The position numbers and the translations under genes were made by a program. From contig JAQGDQ010000004.1 in the NCBI GenBank assembly GCA_030141605.1, forward strand, positions 372,001 to 436,000: a stretch of 64,000 bases of DNA, in the 5' to 3' direction. The stretch's first letter is position 1; every line of letters starts with the position of its first letter. This DNA comes from Tubiluchus corallicola. Lineage: Eukaryota; Animalia; Priapulida. Below are positions 58,730 through 64,000 of this stretch, piece by piece. A model generated the notes under the pieces. That model worked only from the letters and a program-made list of their open reading frames with translations, was not told the DNA's origin and searched no databases.

Positions 58730-59844
58730 CAGTGTTGTAGTGCTCGAGCCTCAGACTCAGACTAGTGTCGCAATTTGCTTGAGACTCGGACTCGACTTGT
58801 GAACTTGCATGTCAACGACTCGAGACTTCAGTCAGATTTACAATACATGACTCAATACAACAAAGCACTGATTTGACTTCTCTGAATGAATGCGTATATC
58901 TCCTTTGTATATATGATTTTTATGGACTTCGTGACCAGGTTAAAGTACTAAATAATAAAAATAAATAAACTGACTAGTGACTCAAACTGCACGGACAATA
59001 AAACAAACAATAGTTATGCATGTTATAACCAAGTAATTTCAACATTCCTTGTTTGTCGGTGTTCGTTATCTGTAGTCATGTTTGCATATCATGCCTAAAG
59101 TGGAATTCATAAAGTCTAGAGGTCTACCGACTGTGTTTGCATCTATGCTCAGTTAAAAACTCTTCCGCGTGATTACACAGTTAAACATACTCGACAAAGC
59201 ATCAGAAAAATTCAACAGGCTTTTTAAAGCGATAAATCAAGTTTTTAGTTGGTCAACTACCAGACTACCAGTGCACCTATTAATTGAGTAGGTCTTTAAT
59301 CAAAGTGATTTGTTAGTAAGATCACAACAGCTCGGGCAGTCAGATAAGAAGCTATTTGAAGTATTTCTTTAATGTCATAAGTAACTTGAATAACTTCCTG
59401 TGCACTGTAATTTGTACTAGTGATTGTAATGTCATTTTTACGTTATAGATATTCAACGTAACGAACTGCAAAATTGCTATTAAAATATAAAATCATTTGT
59501 AAATAATTTGTCTTACATGGATAGTCTGATGTATAGCAAAATTAAAAAGTATGTATGTCAATATTACTCAATAAATTTAGTGCGGTAATTAGCAAAATAA
59601 CACCAAATTTAACAAGAATAGTTTATTACAATTAAATAGGAACTTGAGAATCAATTAAATCTTGGATTGCTTTGACTTGAAACTTGATTTGAAGTTGAAT
59701 ACCACCATATGAACATGATTTAGCAGACACAATGACTTTAAACTCGACTTGCACTTGGGCATAACTCTAGGCTTGACTCAGACTTGGACGTGACAACTTG
59801 AGACTCAACTCGGACTTGAGCTGAAAGACTTGACTACAACACTG
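58730..59844 (+). mobile_element. Non-autonomous hAT DNA transposon (internal deletion derivative)
   Basis: 12-bp perfect TIR CAGTGTTGTAGT / ACTACAACACTG; imperfect 8-bp TSD TAAATAAT / GTAATAAT; many GACTC/GACTT subterminal repeats at both ends; hAT dimerisation-domain relic at ~59260-59380 (TTSAPI/E*VFNQSDLLVRSQ..SDK..VFL*C). Confidence 0.82.
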
Positions 59845-60301
59845 GTAATAATGCAAGTGAATAAAGATGCACTGTTATGTTGAAAAAAGCTCACATTAGT
59901 TTTGGTAACAGGGTTTGAAAACACTTTTAATTTGACAAACATCTGTGTAGAAATTCGGGATACCAAATTTGGGTTAGTACCAGTGTACAGTACACTGAAG
60001 TAAAGAGTGAAAGCCAAGTTACTAAGAAAAGAATGATAAGAGGTACTATAAAGCCTGATCAGTTGATGACGGCAATAAAAATCATTACAACATGGTGTGC
60101 ACAGAAAAAAAACAGTTCAAAGCAGTAAAAGTCACATATTGTGCTATGACATGATAGTCGCAAATAAAGAATTTTATCTATCTTTCGAATCTAAATTGAA
60201 AAATTTCTCAAGTTAAATAAACTCTTAGTATTATAAACAAAAATCTATTACGGAACCAATATTTACATTTCTAGCACTGATTTATACTGCTTCTGGTGTA
60301 A

Positions 60302-63300
60302 CTATTTAAAATTAGTTAAATTACTAGATATAATCTGCACTTCCTCTTCCATACTTTCTTCAATAGGCAGCTCTACTGACATGTTTTGTTTTGAGCTGAA
60401 AATGAATTCAAAAAATAGAAAATTCATTGATACTCATGCAAAAACAGTTGTGCAATTTGCAGAACTAGGCAAGGTCAATGTTAACCAAGACTGGATAATG
60501 TAGTTACTGTGTGTACAGAGTTCATGTTATGCACTGCACTCACTGCGCTGGTTCCAGGACAGGAAAATTAGTATAAGATCCTGACATTTGAGGTTGAACA
60601 GTCTTAGGATTGTAGCTTCTAATGAATAAAACTTAAATGAAAATTTTATGCATCTTTGGGAAAAGCAGTGTAACCAGCATATTCTCTATATGTATTTCAA
60701 AAAATGCACAAGGTCGTATGAAAACATTTGAAAACTTTTCAGTTAATTTTAAGGAGTGAGATCGCAAAATTAAATTTGACATTTGTTCCATGTCTTTCAA
60801 AATCTAATGGCAAATGGCACAAAGATCTTCTCGCATTTTACTTACATAGGAGAAGGTGTTCGCTTAACAGTGACCATAGATAATGAAGCCAAGGCTGAGA
60901 CGGTATCGGCTTCTTCCATTTCACGACCTCGAACTTCATAAAACGAGTTGTTGATTGTGTTTGCAAGCCGCTTGACTGATGGCCAGTGAGGAGCTGTAAA
61001 TAACAGCAATAATAAAACGTTACTTCCCTTGGTCAAATCACTATTATATTTGTAACTGCAAATTTGTTGTCAAGTAAACGAAATATCAATCTAGTTTTGT
61101 TAGTGTTATAATCGATAGTGGTATAATGAAGGTTCACCGAACCTTTAGTGATTACAACAGAAGTTTACAGGACTGAATTTTTGTACTGATATTCAGGGAA
61201 AAAATTCGGTGATCCAAATATTCAGTGCATCCCAGGAAGCTAAAATGAAATACCTAAAAGGTACCTTGTATAGAGATGACTTTCTGTAAAGCATCAATGC
61301 ACAGCTTGTTCGGATGTCGAGTAAGTTCGGATTCTTTTATTCCAGCTGGTTCCTCTCCCAGAAGCACCCTCAAGCACTCCTCAGATGCATCACAGATAGA
61401 TGGAAGATCATAACTGCAAAAATTAATTATAGCACAGGTAGTAACTTTATACGTTACAACACAGGTAAGAACTCATGTCACATATGCTATAGTCTCATAT
61501 TCATATAGGATATTCATTGTCAGTGTCTCTCTGTTGGAGAAGGGTAGATAACAAGCACATAAAGTATACACACAGAAGTTTAGCAGCAAAGTTTTATAAA
61601 AAAAATTGCAAATAATTATTAACCTTAATTTATTCATTTATTCTTATTTCAATAGAAAAGATCTGTTGCATTAGAAAATGAAAATATTATGACCAGACTT
61701 GCACATGGAAAAGGAAGCATTATAAAAATGTAAAAATTAATAAGAATTTTAAAATAATGCAACTGCAAAGTTTATCAATGATACATAATATGTATGAGCT
61801 GCAATATGTGCATATATACTCACCTAATAACACAAACAATACAACGCAACAAATTTCATATTCGAATTTCTAGAAAATAGATTAATAATTGTGAACATTT
61901 AAGGATTTCAGTCAAATATTCAACTATCTGTGAATGGCATTTAAATAAAGTAATCAGTAAAAAACATACCCTCCTTCTAAGACTAGAATCACTTTTCCAT
62001 GAGCCAAGGTCATTAACTGCTTGGTCATGTATCCATAAAAATTCGGAGATAAAAGGTATCCGCCTAGCTGTGGTGGGTGACCCACACAGGCGTCAAAACC
62101 GCATGATACCAAAACAATGTCCGGGTCAAACTCATGAGCTATCGGCATCACAACAGTTCTGTAATTTAAACAAAGTACATATACATATAAATGTAATGTT
62201 ATGCGTATGCATATGTATAAAAACCAATTACTTAATAAGAAAAACTAATAAGAACATAGACGTAAGCAGTGTTTACCAGACATCTGGAATATATTGTGCA
62301 TTATTGAAAACCACCTTGTATTTGTTTTCAACAAACCCGTTTATCAGCCCTTGCATTATTGCATTATTTTTCTACAGCTATTCATATTAGGTTGTTTATA
62401 AGCAGCTGGATGGGAAATAATGCATAACTTGTTCAAAATGCTGGCAAACTCTGCTACAACAAACAATATCAATTTAAAACAAAATTCTAGTAAATCATCT
62501 TCTCCCAGAACTACAGTTAGTAGTATATAATCACGGAATATTTGCAATACCAGTTTGAAAGCTTTATTTATCTGGAAGAATGTAGATGGCAAACTGTGTA
62601 AACTAGTTTCAGTCATCATTTAAAAACATTTATTAAAGTGCAAAAAATTGGCAAATAAAAAAGCAAATACAGAGGAAGTTAAACAGAATAATATTTGTTG
62701 CTGAAGCTACATTCACTTTTTTATATAAATCTTATAAAGCAAGCGGCACAGTGAGTCTTTCTGTGGTAAATTAGTATACAACAATATGAATAATGGCAAT
62801 GAAAATAGTTAACAATGATTTTACACATGCCTAATGTTTAATAGCAGTAAATGTTCCTCATATTAGGCTGGCACTGACAAAATTTTTGTTTTTTTCTATT
62901 ATTTTTTTGAATTGGCAATGACAGACTGGATTATTGAATGTCTCACAAGTTGGATTCTTCTACAACACCCTGGGACAAATGTCTCTCTTTTGAAGTAAAT
63001 TACATGCTTTAAGTATTCATTGAGATGCAATAAAATTTAGAATTATTTATATCCTTGTCCATTAATTTCAAACCTGATTAATTCTATACATCACAAATGC
63101 ACTTACAACTTAAATTGTACATTGACTTAAACTAACTTAGCTTGCATACCTCACCAAAATTCAGATAAGCTTGTATAACTTGCAAGCCCAAAATATAAGT
63201 GCTTATTGGAAAAAGAATAAAAATTAACGTTTCTAAAAGGTACCTAATGATTTAAGCAATGCTAGGCAAGTATTTCAGCTAATAAAAATTAGTGTGATAC

Positions 63301-63493
63301 AGTATGTTGCTTAATTCTTACTACCGAACGATTGCAGAATCGTGGATGTTTTTCTACATGCGCTAACTAGTGCCATCTAGTGAGCAAATTCATACCTAAA
63401 AGCTGCTAAGTATTCTGCATCTGCCATAGGTGGATTGAGTGCTCCAGAAAATGCTATGTTTACATTAAAGCCAATACCATCGTCTATACCAGT
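60302..63493 (-). CDS. HDAC4: Class IIa histone deacetylase (HDAC4/5/7/9-like), last five coding exons; gene continues beyond the window
   Basis: Exons on minus strand: 63396-63493, 61970-62158, 61265-61413, 60846-60993, 60302-60395; GT-AG and phase-consistent. [80 protein letters not shown] (NES-like)..EESMEEE..FK*, collinear with the HDAC4 C-terminus. Confidence 0.95.
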
Positions 63494-64000
63494 CTGAAAA
63501 TATACCACCAAATTATAAGCAAAGCAAGAATTTCTTTACATTCTATATAAAAACTTAACGAATTTATCTTTTTTAAGTGTTTTGTTTTGGCTCTACCTGA
63601 ACTTTAGTAGGATGTGCTGCTATGGAACTTAAACACTAATTCTACCACACTAATTACCACTCTGTACTTTAGAATGCATATATTGCACAACAAACAGTAA
63701 AAAACATAAATACAATAAAAAAAATTACAGACGAAACAAAATGTACCCAAAGAATTATGAATAAATGAGCTGGAAAATTATAAAAATGTCTAGGGTTTTC
63801 GGTACGAGTTCTGATTTAATTATTATGACATACTTCAAATTTAATTCTTATTAATTTCAAAATATTGATAATTTCCAATTTGCAAAGTTCTGCTTCAATT
63901 CCTGGGCTAAACTCACATTTTCTTTATCAAATTGAAGACTATAAATTTGGCAGCAGTGACATAAAAATCAAGTAGTTGAAACTATTTCCTGTTTAACCCT

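Overview
AT-rich, intron-rich invertebrate animal genomic DNA, not prokaryotic; no CRISPR, rRNA or operons are seen. The EGFR kinase sequence and extra Cys-rich ectodomain look protostome/panarthropod-like, which is inference. Five genes are supported by manual splicing and translation. (1) A complete 23-exon EGFR/ErbB receptor tyrosine kinase (+, 6795-31465, about 1450 aa). (2) A complete, divergent 5-exon alpha-tubulin (-, 33125-36557, 450 aa). (3) An uninterrupted 1279-aa ORF of unknown function with several internal repeat arrays and an EF-hand-like C-terminal module (+, 40841-44680). (4) A short NeuroD-family bHLH gene (+, 47979-48608). (5) The last five exons of a class IIa histone deacetylase that keeps the catalytic Tyr (-, 60302-63493). 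Mobile DNA includes a non-autonomous Academ-type transposon with both ends intact (about 410-bp TIRs, TTA TSD, decayed XPG-like nuclease), a hAT deletion derivative beside the HDAC 3' end, several LINE fragments and microsatellites. The best leads are the EGFR/alpha-tubulin/NeuroD/HDAC-IIa cluster, which mirrors the four vertebrate Hox-chromosome paralogons within 57 kb, and the repeat-rich orphan gene with X-box-like motifs lying head-to-head with the divergent tubulin. I cannot demonstrate a wholly new biological system from sequence alone.
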